From Eledone cirrhosa (taxonomy: Eukaryota), in assembly GCA_964016885.1 (NCBI GenBank), contig OZ024748.1:34100001-34164000 (forward strand): a stretch of 64,000 bases of DNA, read 5' to 3'. The first letter of the stretch is position 1. The number at the start of each line of letters is the position of its first letter. The translations under genes were made by a program, and so were the position numbers. Positions 12,577-26,724 of the stretch are shown here, piece by piece. Under the pieces are notes generated by a model. That model saw only the letters and a program-made list of their open reading frames with translations. It did not search any database and was not told the DNA's origin.

Positions 12577-14993
12577 AGGATGAATATAAAATGAAAGTGC
12601 TTTTGTTAAAAAAGGAATTTATTAGGTATTGACATATGTTTCTGTAACAGACCGAATACCTATGTATCGCTGCTTGCGTAATCATATAATGTTAGCAAGT
12701 ATTCGATAGCAAATGTATAATCAGTTGTCACTTCTTCAGAGATTTTGGATAAACTGGATAAAATCAGAAAAATTGAAGTATTTATATTAGTAAAAGAGGA
12801 AGGAACAGAGGGGATAGAATATGACAGATGGTAAAATAATTTACTGCTAAACAAGTATATAATGGGTTTTTAATGAGAATACCATGAGTAAATCTAAATA
12901 AGAATTTTGGGGGTGCCGATTTTAATCTCTACTTGACCAACTGGACAGTGGACAGGGCTGGTCATTTGGTGCAGTAGTATTAATCATAAAGTGTCAATTG
13001 GGGAAGGGGGAGATTTCGATTGCTACTAAATAACATCAATGCTAGTGGTCAGCTGGTATTTGCTCTAGGGAATTGAATCAAAAAATCAGAAATCTCATTT
13101 TATCTATAGCAGTTTGTATTAAAAGGTAAATAATAGAAGAGTTGATAGAATTAAGACTAATAAAGAATGTTCATATCTATTTTGACAATCAAACGGGGAT
13201 AGAGACAGGCGTTCAATCCTGGTAGTATTTATAATATGAAAATGTAGATTTTAAGCGATGGTTACAGTATAACGATCGCTCTATTCTGTTATTTAATAAA
13301 ATGTTTTTGGATTTCATAATACAAAATAATTCTACATTACATAATCTACAAAATTCCTGTCCATTGGAATATGGGGGGGCAGTCGCTATTATATCCCATT
13401 TTAGGTGAAATTGTTGGTTATTTTCACGCAGCTGCCAAGCCTTGTCTGCGAGTGTTGTTACATAACGCTGGTTTTCATGTTTTATCGAATAACGATGTCT
13501 ATAAAGGCGTGATTTAAAGGAGGTGGCTGTAGATCCCACATAGTACCACTTCTGTCTATCCGATTCGATAGTACATTTGTATACGATGTTGCGTTCAAGA
13601 CACTGGTTGTTCAACGGACACATTCCTGGTTGGACACAGTTGCAATTACAATTTTGCGTTGTTGTATTGCCATGGATGGGTTGATGAGGTTGCTTATGTA
13701 GAACAGGATGTTGTTTGTTGTTTTGTGATGTTATAGCTAATGTTTTACGTGTATTGTTATGTGTTGGAAGGCGTTTATACAACCGTTTTGCGTTAAGCAT
13801 TTTTATATGTTGTTCAATATTAGGGGCGGTTGAATATGAAAGTCGGATGGTGTTAGGGTTTAAGATTTTATTATATTTATGTGATGTTGGAAAGTGTTTT
13901 CTAACTAATCGAAAGAATTTTGAGGGTAGATTGGTTTTAATAGATTTGTTATAGACCGGGTTGTACCAGATATACTCCTTACATCGCCTTCTGTTTGGTG
14001 GTGTGCGACTATTATTGTGTCTATTGCGGTAGTGTATGTATGGTGGTGATTCTGTGCTATTTCTACTCCTATGTGATTTATTTTGGGTGTTTTGGTGATC
14101 ATTGACTATATACTCTATATTATCTAGGTGACCGGCTTTCCTAAGTGCATCATCATAATACTCGGCATGTTCTTTGAAGGTTTGTTGGTTGGACGATAGG
14201 CGGGAGATTCTAAGAGAAACATTTCTAGGGATGGATTTAATTATAGAGAGTGGATGGTTAGAACTCGTATTTACATATTTAAGGTTCTCATTTAGTTTAT
14301 GGAACGGTTTAATCGTATCTGTATTGAGATTGAAAGTAACATCAAGGAAATTGACCTCTTTGAGGTTATATTCAAATGTAATATTTAATCCTAGTTCTTT
14401 AAAAAGTTTTCTGATATTTTTACGCATCCTTTCTAAATTCTGGTTATTCATATTCTTAACTAATAGGAGCGCATCGTCACGGTAAATTCCACCGTGGAGA
14501 TCCTTGAATTTTCCTTGTAATCTGTGGGTGATATAAATTCCCACAAGATCTGTTACCTCCGCCGAATCATTAGAACCCATAGTGATATCAAAATTAGAAG
14601 GTCTATCTTTGCGAACCCAGTAGCTATCATCGAATTTAACTATAGTTTTTCTCGCTTCCATAATAATTTTAATTTCAGCATCCGTAAGGTCGGAATTATC
14701 CTTAGCGAACGAAAGAGCTTCATGTAGAGTATCAGGTGAAATTGAGGAATAATATTCATCAATATCAAACTGAATAAATTTTGATTTTTTCTTATCAGTA
14801 ATGTTGTTAAACCATCTTATTGCTTCATGAGTGTTACCCCATAGTTTAATCTCTACTTTAACCTTAACTTGGGGGATAATTCTGTCTAGTATATATTTGC
14901 TAATTTTACCTATATCTGATTTAGAGGGGCATATAAGTCTAATATTAGGGTTAGTATCGAAGTTTACCTTGTGGTCCTTCAGGTTGAAGGATG
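12572..14993 (-). mobile_element. 5'-truncated Naiad-like Penelope element (RT, GIY-YIG endonuclease, pLTR)
   Basis: ORF 13213-14661 has FDITMGS, GGIYRDD, VNFLDV, CNCx5C linker and YYVG; upstream motifs LKDHK and FIQFDIDEYY continue to about 14990. Confidence 0.92.
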
Positions 14994-14997
14994 GTAT

Positions 14998-15201
14998 AGC
15001 AGCGATACATAGGTATTCGGTCTGTTACAGAAACATATGTCAATACCTAATAAATTCCTTTTTTAACAAAAGCACTTTCATTTTATATTCATCCTTTCTA
15101 CATTTCTCCGGAATATAATTTATACTCGTTGAGCAAACCTGCACGTACGCTGTTCATCTCTAACGTAACGATATATTATCACTACATTATTGATAACCTG
15201 A

Positions 15202-15202
<1 letters not shown>
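14998..15202 (+). repeat. Inverted partial pLTR at the 5' end of the 12572-14993 element
   Basis: Matches 4906-5108 directly and 12572-12675 in reverse. Confidence 0.85.
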
Positions 15203-15252
<50 letters not shown>

Positions 15253-15258
<6 letters not shown>

Positions 15259-16248
15259 AATAAGGGCGCTGCGGAGTTGCAAATGGGTTACATATGAAAA
15301 AAGTTTGTCCTTCATCAGTGATCTTCCAACCATCATAGGCATTTCATCGCTTTAAAGACCATATACCCCCGTTTGGTGCGAGCAACGGCTAAAAAAGTCG
15401 TTGGGACACGTAAATAAAGGGGACGCGAGGGTAAACAAACAAAATGGTGAAGCAACAGAAAGTGAGGAAGAAAGAGACAAGTCCCAGATTTCTATGAATT
15501 TAAATTCGGTGAAATCGTGAACGAGAGAATAAAGACCATCAAACCTGGTTGAAATGTGAGCAAGGAAGGAATTTCGCACAGGTCTAACGGGAGGAAGAAG
15601 GGGTCTGGCCTGCGAATTCGGTAAACATAAGTTCTGTGAAATCGCCGACGAGAGAGAGAAAAAATTCCGACCAGCTTGGCCGAGAGTGCGAGAGAAAAGA
15701 GTTACTCACAGGTCAAACGGGAAGAAAGAGGAGGAGGAGAAGTAGTGACAGAGAATGAGTGAGTGAAGGGTGAGGAAGAGGCTAACAGAGAGAGAGAGAC
15801 TGCTAGAAAGGGTAAAGATACATAGAACGAAAAAGATGTGTAGCAGCAGAGGAAAAAATATGTGTAAATATGATAATAAGGGCGCTGCGGAGTTGCAAAT
15901 GGGTTACATACGAAAAAAGTTTGTCCTTCATCAGTGATCTTCCAACCATCATAGGCATTTCATCGCTTTAATGACCATATACCTCCGGTTGGTGCGAACA
16001 ACGGCTAAAAAAAGTCGTTGGGACACGTAAATAAAGGGGACGCGAGGGTAAACAAACAAAATGGTGAAGCAACAGAAAGTGAGGAAGAAAGAGACAAGTC
16101 CCAGATTTCTATGAATTTAAATTCGGTGAAATCGTGAACGAGAGAATAAAGACCATCAAACCTGGTTGAAATGTGAGCAGGGAAGGAATTTCGCACAGGT
16201 CTAACGGGAGGAAGAAGGGGTCTGGTCTGCGAATTCGGTAAACATAAG

Positions 16249-16250
<2 letters not shown>
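15253..16250. repeat. Direct repeat of ~380 bp (15253-15633 and 15869-16250), unclassified
   Basis: Near-identical copies starting ATGATAATAAGGGCGCTGCGG, flanked by (TA)n. Confidence 0.8.
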
Positions 16251-16309
<59 letters not shown>

Positions 16310-16316
<7 letters not shown>

Positions 16317-19300
16317 ATACTTTGGGAGGGTCATGTTGCCAATAAGAAACACACGCACCAGTTGCTTTCACTTCAATTTATTATATATTTATAAATTTAT
16401 AAATTTACAAATCTACAAATTTATAAATTTCTGGTTGGTTGGTTGGTTCCACAACCAGATAGTTGTTTATATATAGTCATAGTCCTTTCGTCACACACTC
16501 TGTGACCTCTTCAGTGACTGGGGATTCCTTTCTTTGTTTCTGTGCCTTTCCTTTCTTCTGTCCTACGCCATTTTGTTTCTGTGTGTGTGTTGTGTGCTCA
16601 GTTTGCGCATGCGCCACATCCGGGTGTCTGTGTGTGTTTGTGTTCATTTATCTATTTGTTTATTTATTTACATGTTATTGGTTGGTTGTTTGTTCTATGT
16701 GTATGTGTGTTTTCATTTTGTCCTTAATTGTAAGTTGTGATGTTGCTGTTCCACTCATATTTTCTATTTAATTTTGGATGTAATTCTTTTATGTTTATTG
16801 CCTCTGTAATTTGTCTAAACATTGCATCTTTTCTGTGTGTAGATTCTATTTTTATTTCTATGTTCTCTAATTTACCCTTGTGTTCTATCTTAGCATGTTG
16901 GTAGAGTACAGATGATTCTTTATTATCTTGAAGATCTCGCCAGTGTTCATTTATCCGTTCCCCTATACTACGAGCTGTCTCACCTATGTACACTATATTT
17001 TTGCTTCTACATTGTCCTTCAGTACATCTTATGCTATACACTACATTTCTAGTTTTACAGTTAATATGGGGGCTTATTTTACAGGTTATGCATTTCTTAT
17101 CTATACATGAGGGTCTTTGGAACGGGTATGTCTTGCTAATAAGTGTTTTTACGGAGGTACCTGGTCTTTCTACTATCTTAATATTGAGTTTATGTTTATT
17201 TAGGGCCCTTCTAAATTTGTAGGCTAGTTCGCCTCTAGGGTTGTATCGATGAACATTACACTCTGGTATTTATTGCTATCATACCATGAGTTTATTCTAT
17301 TGGCCTTGTTCCTAGTTCTTTCTATTCTATTCCAAAATTTGCTCCTATACAAGGGGCAGGTCCCATTTATGTCATTATTTACCATTTTTTCCCATTTGGT
17401 TCTGGCTCCTCTATACACTCTGATTCTATCTATCTGATAGTAGCCAGAGAACTGCATACGGTGGATGAAGTGTTGTATGTGTCTCTCTAGTTCTTCGGGG
17501 TTGCACATGCGGGACACATTTCTCATCACCCGTACCAAATCCGCAATCAGTATGTTGATTTTGGTATGGTCCGAAATGGCCGAGTTTCGGTGGATCAGAT
17601 GTTTGGAAGTCATGGGTTTGGCATAATGGGAATGGAGGATTTGCTTTTGGTTGTTAATGGTATCTAACCAGAGCTCTGTGTCTAGTACAGGTAATCGATG
17701 GTTGGGGTGTCTACTTGGGTAGTCTATAGTAACTCTAATGCTCTGGTGGATGGAGTTTGCTATTTGCTGGATGCTTTCCATTGTGTTTTTCTCTAGTTCC
17801 TGACTGTTCTCTAGTGGGGGTGTCTTAACTACGATGTTTATATCATCTACGTAGCGGGAGTACATTATCAGGGTTAAGCTGTCTTCTAATTGTTCTTTAA
17901 GTTTAAGTTTAAGTCTACTGTCCCACCATACCATGAATAAGTTAGCTATGTCGCCTGCAATGCTAACACCAATGGCTGCTCCTTCCTCTTGGGCATATGT
18001 TTTTCCATTAAATTTGAACATATGTTCCTTAGGGGTTAATTTTATGCTGGCCCCTACCGCATGTGCAATCATTTTCTTCAGTTCATCGTGGTTTTCGGGT
18101 GTCCGTATGGCTCTGGTCCACCCGTTCCATCTATCTGTGTGGGTTTTCTTGGCCATTGAGGTAATGGTAGGTGGTCTGCCTCTTGCTGGTCTTGTAGGCA
18201 CAGGTTGCTAAGGTCATATGTGTCTAGGTAACTATTACTATGGGTAAGCTTAAGTAGAAGTCCCAGCTCACTGGTATCAATCCCACGGAACTCAACCTTG
18301 CTCTCGCTGATCATTTCTACGCATTTCTCCACAGCAAAATCCACGTCAATAGATGGATACAGGGACACAACATCCATACTGCCTATTATGCAGTTTGTTA
18401 GGTCCCCAGATCGGTTACTCACGCCGATTCTGCTGAGGAGGTCCTCCGTGCTGTCACATACATCTGGGGACATCTCAATGATGGGGCGTATGATCAGGGA
18501 GAGGAAGTAGGACAGTCTGTAGTTACTAGCAATGTTAGCTCCACAGACTGGCCGTGTTGGTGGTCCCGCGACAGGGTCACAGCCCGTTTTATGGTCTTTT
18601 CGAAGCCCATACAACGCCGGCACGTCATTGTTCCAGGCCTGGAAGTTGTTGGCAGTCCTTTTGTTGGGCTGCATTATATTCGTCCACATCACCATATGGG
18701 CATTGAGGGCTTTTTCTCTATCCTCATGCTCCTGTGGTGTTACCTCTCTTGTGTTAGTGATGTGGGGTTGCATTGCTTGGATGTAGTTTGGCAGGCTGTC
18801 AACCGACATTCTGCCAGACTTGTCTGTTGGAAAGCATGCTATCTCTCCATTACGCGAGCGCTGCATGAGCTTACGGAAGCCATTTGCAGATTTTTCTCAC
18901 AGTTGCTGGGCCTCTATTCTATTATGCTTCTTGCTATACTGTTCTATAATATTTCTAAGTTCGGATCTAGCTATACTAAATTGTGGTTCTGTTTGTTCAT
19001 CGACCTGCGACGGCAACTGCGTGCGTTTGTTAAATGGTAAAGTCGTGGCGTGGACTCGTCGCAGGTCGAATGATTTATCGGAGGGATTATAAAACGCAGA
19101 GTTCCAGGCTGCTGCTTTATGTGTACTAGTGCTATTGTTATTGTTAGTTGTGTTGTTTCTATTTCTATTTCCACCAACAGCCTCATGGTTGTTTCTATGT
19201 CTCTCATAATTACTCCTGTCTCTTTCCACTGGCTCAATGTTGTTATCTACCCTATTTTGTGTGTCTGTGTGTTCGTCTTGGTTATTCTCTTTGTCCTTCG

Positions 19301-19883
19301 TCTCCCTTCTCCTTTTAATCCTATTACTTTCCCTTATTTCTGTGAATCTGTGCTACTGACATTACTTGTTTTCTGTGTCTGTGTGTTTGTTAAGATTGTG
19401 GTGGTGGTGAGAGGCATTGAATGCGTGTGTGTTGTTGTTGTTGATGTGTGCTGATGTTGATGTGTGTTGTTGTTGTCTCCGTGTGTGTTATCGTTGTTGT
19501 GTGTGTTGTTATTGTTGTTTGTGTCTGCGTGTCTGTTGTTGTTGTTTCTGGGTATGTTGTTATTGTTGTTGTTGTTGATGTGTGTGTTGTTGTTATTGTT
19601 GTTTGTGTCTGTGTCTGTTGTTGTTGGGATATGTGTTGTATATGTGTGTGCGTATATTGTTGCTTTTGTTTTTGATGCTCCAGCGTAGTTTTGTAAATGA
19701 TTTTTCTATTTCTGACAGACAACTAATCATATTTACCTTCATGAATGTCGCAAATTTCGGCGGCAAACATAACACAGACATTTCATCATTATCTATTTTT
19801 GCGTTCCCATATATGTTGGTGTTTTTGTTGTTGAACTCTTCTGATAATGAGGTGTCGGCCATGTTGATACCGACAAAATTGAT
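16310..19883 (-). mobile_element. Near-full-length, frameshifted Penelope-like element, family A; pLTR HHR at 16475-16519
   Basis: Consecutive frames give LCLPPKFA, TDKSG, LYGLRKDHK, SMDVVSLYPSI, EGAAIG, YSRYVDDI and VYIGET. Confidence 0.92.
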
Positions 19884-19896
19884 ATATATATATATG

Positions 19897-19986
<90 letters not shown>

Positions 19987-20009
19987 CATATATATAAATA
20001 AATATAATG

Positions 20010-20406
20010 ATCGGTGTGTTTGTAAACAAACATCCCGAATTAAGCCGTAAAGTGTCATAATAAATGTTCGGTGAATCCATACGTACATATATATATGTGT
20101 GTTCATGTATGTATATATATATATATATATATACATACTACTGTACGTCTGTATGCATATATGTATGTACGTATACATACTTATATTTAAGTAACAGCAG
20201 TACTAAGAGTGAGAAATGAAATTTCGTTTCATTTTTTCCGTTTATCGTTTACGGTACCCCCGGCCGATTAACTCACTCGATATGCAAATTAGGCTGCTCA
20301 GCCGTTAATATGCATGAGGAAAGTATATACTTTCAGACGTTCCACCATCTGGCAGGATGGTATACATTGCTGACTATAGCTAATAAGCTTGAAACTAGTA
20401 CAGTGT
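20010..20406 (+). mobile_element. Retrozyme-like family B copy ending at a core-mutated HHR (20364-20406)
   Basis: ACAUUG CUGACUA U-AGCU..AGCU-U GAAA CUAG UA CAGUGU; octamer near 20282. Confidence 0.8.
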
Positions 20407-20519
20407 CAATGTTGTACTATTGAGCATACGTGGGTGCGAGACACAGGGTACGGGGGTTTGCGGTGGTGGGGGTCATTTATCATAACGTGATGGTGTTGTT
20501 TGGGGAAGGGGTTGAATGT

Positions 20520-20801
20520 AGGTATGTGTGTGCTGGGGGGGATGTGTGTGTGGTGTGAGTGAGTGTTGTGGTGTGGTGTGTGTGTGTGTGTGTTGTAGTG
20601 TGTGTCTGGTGTGTGTTTGTGTGTCGTTGTAGTGTGTGTTTTGTCGTGTGTTTGTGTGTGTTTGGTGTGTGTGTTTGTGTCGTGTGTGTGTGTGCTGTTT
20701 GTGTGTGTGTGTGTGTGTCGTGTGTGTGTGTTTGTGTGTGTTCGTGTGTGTCGTGTTTGTGTGTGTTGTGTGTGTGTTTCCGTGTGTGTGTGTGTGTGTT
20801 T

Positions 20802-20833
<32 letters not shown>

Positions 20834-20866
20834 GTGTGTTTGTGTGTGTGTGTGTGTGTTGGTGTG

Positions 20867-20918
<52 letters not shown>

Positions 20919-20951
20919 ATTCGTGTGTGTGTGTGTCGTGTGTTTGTGTCG

Positions 20952-20986
<35 letters not shown>

Positions 20987-21048
20987 GTGTTTGTGTGGGA
21001 GTGTGTGTGTTTCGTGTGTGTGTGTGTGTGTGTTTGTGTGTGTGTGAT

Positions 21049-21096
<48 letters not shown>

Positions 21097-21393
21097 TTGT
21101 GTGTCGTGTGTGTGTCGTGTTTGGTGTGTGTGTGTGTGTTCGTCGTGTTGTGTGTGTGTGTGTGTGTTTTTGTGTGTGTGTGTGTGTGTTTGTGTGCTGT
21201 GTGTGTGTGTGTGTTTGTCGTGTGTGTGTGTGTGTTTGTGTGTCGATGTGTGTGAGTTCTGTGTGTGTGTGGTGTGTGCTTTGTCGTCGTGTGCTGTGTG
21301 TGTGTTTGTGGTGTGTGTGTAGTGTGTTTGGTGTGTGTGTGTGTGTCGTTTGTGTGTGTGTGTGTGTTGTGTCGTGTGTGTGTGTGTGTGGTG

Positions 21394-21432
<39 letters not shown>

Positions 21433-21603
21433 TGTGTGTGTGTGTGTGTGTCGTGTGTGTGTGAGTGTGTCGTGTGTGTCGTGGTGTGTGTGTGATGTGT
21501 GTGTGTGTTGTGTGTGTGTTGTGTGTGTGTGTGTGTGTGTCGTGTGTGGGTGTGAGTTTGTGTGTGGTGTGTGTGTGTGTGTGTGTCGTGTGTTGTCGTG
21601 TTT

Positions 21604-21644
<41 letters not shown>

Positions 21645-21776
21645 TGTGGGTGCTGTGTGTGTTTGTGTGTGTGTGTGTGTGTTTGTGTATGTGTGTGTGT
21701 GTGTGTGTTTGTGTCGTGTGTGTGTGTGTTTGTGTGTGTGTGGGTGTGTGTGCTGTTTGTGTGTGTGAGTTTCGTG

Positions 21777-21812
<36 letters not shown>

Positions 21813-21964
21813 TGTGTGTTTGTGTGTGTGTGTGTTTGTGTGTGTGTTTGTGGTGTGTGTGTGTGTGTGTTGTGTGTGTGTGGTGTGTGTGTGTTTGTGT
21901 GTGGTGGTGTTTGGTGTGTGGTGTGTTTGTGTGTGTGTGTGTTTGTGTGTGTGATTGTGTGTGT

Positions 21965-22000
<36 letters not shown>

Positions 22001-22068
22001 TGTGCTGTGTGTGTGTGTGTGTGTGTGAGTGTCGTGTGTGTGTGTAGTGTTGTGGCGTGTGTGTGTGT
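20520..22068. repeat. Degenerate (GT)n tract running into the gap
   Basis: Read directly; irregular indels suggest low consensus quality. Confidence 0.9.
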
Positions 22069-22268
22069 NNNNNNNNNNNNNNNNNNNNNNNNNNNNNNNN
22101 NNNNNNNNNNNNNNNNNNNNNNNNNNNNNNNNNNNNNNNNNNNNNNNNNNNNNNNNNNNNNNNNNNNNNNNNNNNNNNNNNNNNNNNNNNNNNNNNNNNN
22201 NNNNNNNNNNNNNNNNNNNNNNNNNNNNNNNNNNNNNNNNNNNNNNNNNNNNNNNNNNNNNNNNNNNN
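22069..22268. other. Assembly gap (200 N)
   Basis: Read directly from the sequence. Confidence 1.
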
Positions 22269-22276
22269 AGCCACTG

Positions 22277-22337
<61 letters not shown>

Positions 22338-22420
22338 ATGTATGGGTCTAGATCAGCCACTGCCTTTATATATATGTGTGTGTGTGTATATGGGTCTAGA
22401 TCAGCCACTGCCTATATATA
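22269..22420. repeat. Composite minisatellite (TA)n(TG)n-TATGGGTCTAGATCAGCCACT, resuming at 25840-26038
   Basis: The same core recurs on both sides of the Helitron. Confidence 0.85.
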
Positions 22421-22422
22421 TA

Positions 22423-25400
22423 CTAGCAGAAGTACCCGGCGTTGCCCGGGTGTAAGACGACCTTTGCTCTGTTCTTAAAATGTGTGAAAGCTACTTCCCG
22501 CGCATCACAGGTGCAACGTTGTTGTTGGGGTCCACGCTGTTTGTGGTGTTGTTATTGTCTACACCAAATGAGATCATCATGAAACAGGAGTTGTATTTCC
22601 ACATGTTACGGCGGAACGTTGTAGCTGTAGTGTCGTCACCTGTCAGTAGATTCAGAAGAACGTCTGGCGGGTCAGCCAATGCCTCTAGTTGCACCTTACC
22701 TCCTGCACAGCACATAGAAGGCGGCTCGCCTGGCCACTTCATTGCTTTGTAGGATATACGGACATTATCCATTTTGCCAATGGAAACTGTAGGCAGACGT
22801 CCGTAATCCTCAGAGCGGTTATATCTGAAGGCTGCTTTTACCCAGCCTGAGCTCTTGGCAGCAGTAGCTAATGTATGCCGGGAACGCTTAGCAGCAAGCC
22901 TGTTGTCTCTGTCTGCCGTGGACTCCTCTGCAAGCGCTTGTTGACGACGAAGGCGAACGCCAGCAAGCCGCGTCGTACGGGATGTTGGTGACTCCTCCGC
23001 AAGCGCTTGTTGGCGATGAAGGCGAACATCAGCAAGCCTTGTCGTACGGGATGTTGGTGACTCAACCAGCCGGGAAAGACGTCCATCAGCGAGTCGAGAT
23101 TCACGCTCAGCAGGTGTTTCCTAGAGAAAGTTAATTAATGCTATTGGTTAGCTAAGCCAAAGGTACTGTGTCAATAGTAAATGAGAAAAGTGTAATATGA
23201 ACAAAAGGGAATCAAGATAAGACAATAAATTTGATATAACTACGATTAGGATGTTGTAGTTGCTTAAAAGTGGTGACAGTTTGGATAAACGCAGTGCTTG
23301 CTAACATTAAGGGAAACTATTGCATAAAGGATTAACCAATTGTGAATGAACGCATACCTGAGAACGCCTAATTCGTCGTCTCAAAGCAGTAGCTGTATCT
23401 TTTTTGGAGGTATGTCTTGAACGTTTCCGTGTGGGCATAACGACGTGTAACGAAGCTGTTAGGTTAGAGAGGGGTGATTAAGTACAGAGAGAGGTGACAC
23501 CAGATTCGCTAGCATGGTTACTGGTGAATGGGAAGGTTTGGAAATATGATTATAGTAACTCACCGAATTTTCCGGCTATAAAGTACACTTAAAATACCTA
23601 AATTTCATCAAAAAACAGCTCTGCGCTTTATACTCCGGTGAGCCTTATGTATAAATAATACAATGGTAATCAATCACGGCTCTAACAGAAGTAATAGTTC
23701 TAGACTAAAAGTAAAGAAGATAGCATTTTCCTGGTTGGCCTTACACGCCGTTGCGCGGACCTGATTTTAAATGATACGCCTTATATCCCGGTGAGCCTTA
23801 TAGAGCGGAAAATACGATATCTATTGGAAAAGAATACGAATTCATGACCAAGGTGTGACAAAATTGGCGTCTATACAGTGCTGAAACAAACTTGTCTGGG
23901 ATCTTTCTCGTTAAGTATCCACCCAAAAGGAACCGTTTCTTAGTTACAAAAAATAACCCAAGTGAATAGTAGCTTTATTTCTGACATATCATGCCAAAAA
24001 GAAACAATATATTCAAAAGATGTTCTAAAGTACATTCAATCTCTCTTTTTGACCGATGTCTTAATAAGCAAATTATCGATTTTTTATTAGCTGCCAGTGT
24101 TTATCTGCATGCAGGTGTGTACGTCTGCGCAATCAATTGCACTGCATGCAGATGGTCTATGACAACTAATTAAATAATTAAAGAACAATAGCAATTTGCA
24201 AAATACGCTCATAACATTTAGTCCTAAACAGAACAAAAAATGCCATTAGAGGTGGGCTAATAATGGAAAAGGACACAAACCCGGTGAATTTACGTTTAAA
24301 AACCCGAAAACTTACTTACTTCCTGTGCAAAAGGCTGTGACAGTAGTGTTATGAATTAAGTAATTTTTAGAACCTTTTGTTTAAAAAAGGAAAAAACTGG
24401 TATGGACGTAACATTTTTTACAACTTTGTATGTGTCCAATACAACCTGGTCAAAGTATTATTTAGTAAATTTTTTTCAAAAAGGATGATTATTTAAGACT
24501 GTTGAAAATTTACTCACAGCTTTTAGCTTTTGGCATCACAAAAGACACCATTAAATTTGGTTTCCTTTCAGATAGGGATAATACTGTATTTGCACTTGAA
24601 TAAGGGGGAATATGAAAAGTTTAACGCTAAGATGTCGATAATCCTCTAGTCCCAATGGGGATTTTTAAATTTAAGCAAGACGAAAAATGAATTAAATTTA
24701 ACTAAAATGGCATGCAAGTAGTCTAAATAAATAAGCACTAACTCACCGATATGTAAGTGGGCAAATTCTGTAAAGGTCCGTTTAGTGAGACGGCCGGATT
24801 TATTGTTGTTCACAAAAAGCGGATACACACAAAGAGAAAAAGGCGGTTCGTACGTGCGCGCATACCTGTTTGTGTATCTATCGTTCAGAAAACATACTGC
24901 TCGTGGTATAGACAGGCCGTCCAATCAATAACGCGCGTGAGTCACAGTGTGTGCGTGCTTATATGGGCATATGAAATTGATTTTGATTGCGCCAGGTGTA
25001 AACTAAAAGTGCTTGTGTTCGAATACATACGCATTAAATTTCATTGAAATCGAAAGATTTTTGAAAAAAATATGAAAAACATTCTGTCATATATTTTGTT
25101 TATTGTACAATTATTTAAGATTTAAGAATTCTACTCAAAGAACACTGAATATCTGTTTGTAAAGCCTTCCATTTTCCCTTAAAGAAAGGCCTAGATTTGC
25201 ATATTTCCACAATATTGCGCCATTGATAATTAAACTATGAATAATTGTCTGCCCTAACTCTTAAAGGTCTCATTTAACGCCTGATTTATGAGTTTTAAAA
25301 AACTTTCTGAATTTTTGCAGCCTTGGAGTAACTCCTAATGGATCTATTATTGTGGTAATATCAAATTTCATTGAAATCGGACGAATTCTGAAAATATCGA

Positions 25401-25838
25401 TTTTTGCCTCGGGGGGTCCGATTATCGATGTTTTGAAAATTTCAAGTACCCCACGTTAACCCCCCCCCCCCCCCGCATCAAAATACGTACCTACGCCAAA
25501 TTTCATTGGGATCGGACAAATTTCGTAAATATCGATTTTTGGTGATCCAATTATCGATGTTTTTCGAAAATTTAATGTAGCCCACGTTCATTCCCTGATC
25601 AAAATACACACTTGCGTTCGATTTCATCGAAATCGGACGATCTTTGAAAATATCGATTTTTGGCTTCTGGGGACCCGATTATCAATTTTTCGAAAATTTC
25701 AAGGAGCCTATTCCAGTCTACGGGTCGAGTTTTATATATGTATCAAGTTTCATGAGAATCGGATGAACGGTGTAGCCTGCAAGTTCGGGACACCAAACAA
25801 ACAAACAAACAACGCCCAACTTCACTTTTTATATATAT
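22423..25838 (-). mobile_element. Non-autonomous (internally deleted) Helitron
   Basis: Minus-strand 3' end has hairpin ACCCGG..CCGGGT (22434-22451) then CTAG|T. RepHel N-terminal fragment CCAGGKVQL..PP..L..F..YNSCFMMISFG at 22491-22772. 5' region has subterminal repeats and (CAAA)n. Confidence 0.85.
23563..23817. mobile_element. Probable Tc1/mariner-superfamily (Tc2/pogo-like) MITE nested in the Helitron
   Basis: Imperfect TIRs CCGAATTTTCCG..TATAA / TTATA..CGGAAAATACG and internal repeat TTATA.TCCGGTGAGCCTTAT. Confidence 0.5.
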
Positions 25839-25875
25839 ATGTATGTGTGTATGTATGGGTCTAGATCAGCCACTC

Positions 25876-25960
<85 letters not shown>

Positions 25961-26724
25961 ATGTATGGGTCTAGATCAGCCACTGCACATATATATATGT
26001 ATGTGTGTGTGTGTATGTATGGGTCTAGATCAGCCACTGTTGGTAAGAAATGAAACTCTTTGATCTACCCTGGCATTATTTTTGGAACTAACCTAAGACA
26101 AAGACTTGTTTGCGACACTAATTGGAAAACACTTCGGATTATCTATTTAGGGATATTTCACCCAGATAATAAATGTTATGTGGACTCTATAAAATTGGAC
26201 CACGAAGCTTTATTGGTTTGGTAAAATGGGTTGCAATGGTAAAGGGTTGGGAATAGCTTTTCTCGGTGAAATATGTGTTTTATTCAAGTTGATGTTTGTC
26301 TTTCTGGTTATTAGTTGCCGATTTTCGAGAAATGTCTGATAAAGACATTCATTTGGTGTTTCAATGTATGGTTACATTATTTGTTACTATTATGAGAGTG
26401 TACTATGACCGTTCTTACTATTGATGTAGCTAATTAATCAATGTAATATTTTACTGTTTGTTTTCTGGCTTGAGCTTGATACAAATTTTTATCAGTTTTT
26501 AGTTCTGTGGTTTATTTTCTTTGTTGTTTCCTCATTTAGTTATTTGATGCTGAGTTTTTATTTCTGATACGTGTGGGTGTGATGTCTACTAGATTTCAGA
26601 TTGCCTCTGGTTTATATGTGGTTTGTTATCTCCGATGTGTAATTGGGGTTGTATTTGTTTATATTGACTTGTAGGTCATGTATAGTGAATGTATCTATAA
26701 CAATAATAATAATAATAATAATAA

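Noticed and set aside
15300-15350. CUGAUGA on the minus strand of the 380-bp repeat
   Set aside because: No downstream GAAA and no consistent stems.
20406-22478. Long HT/CV-rich ORFs
   Set aside because: Translations of (GT)n and the N gap.
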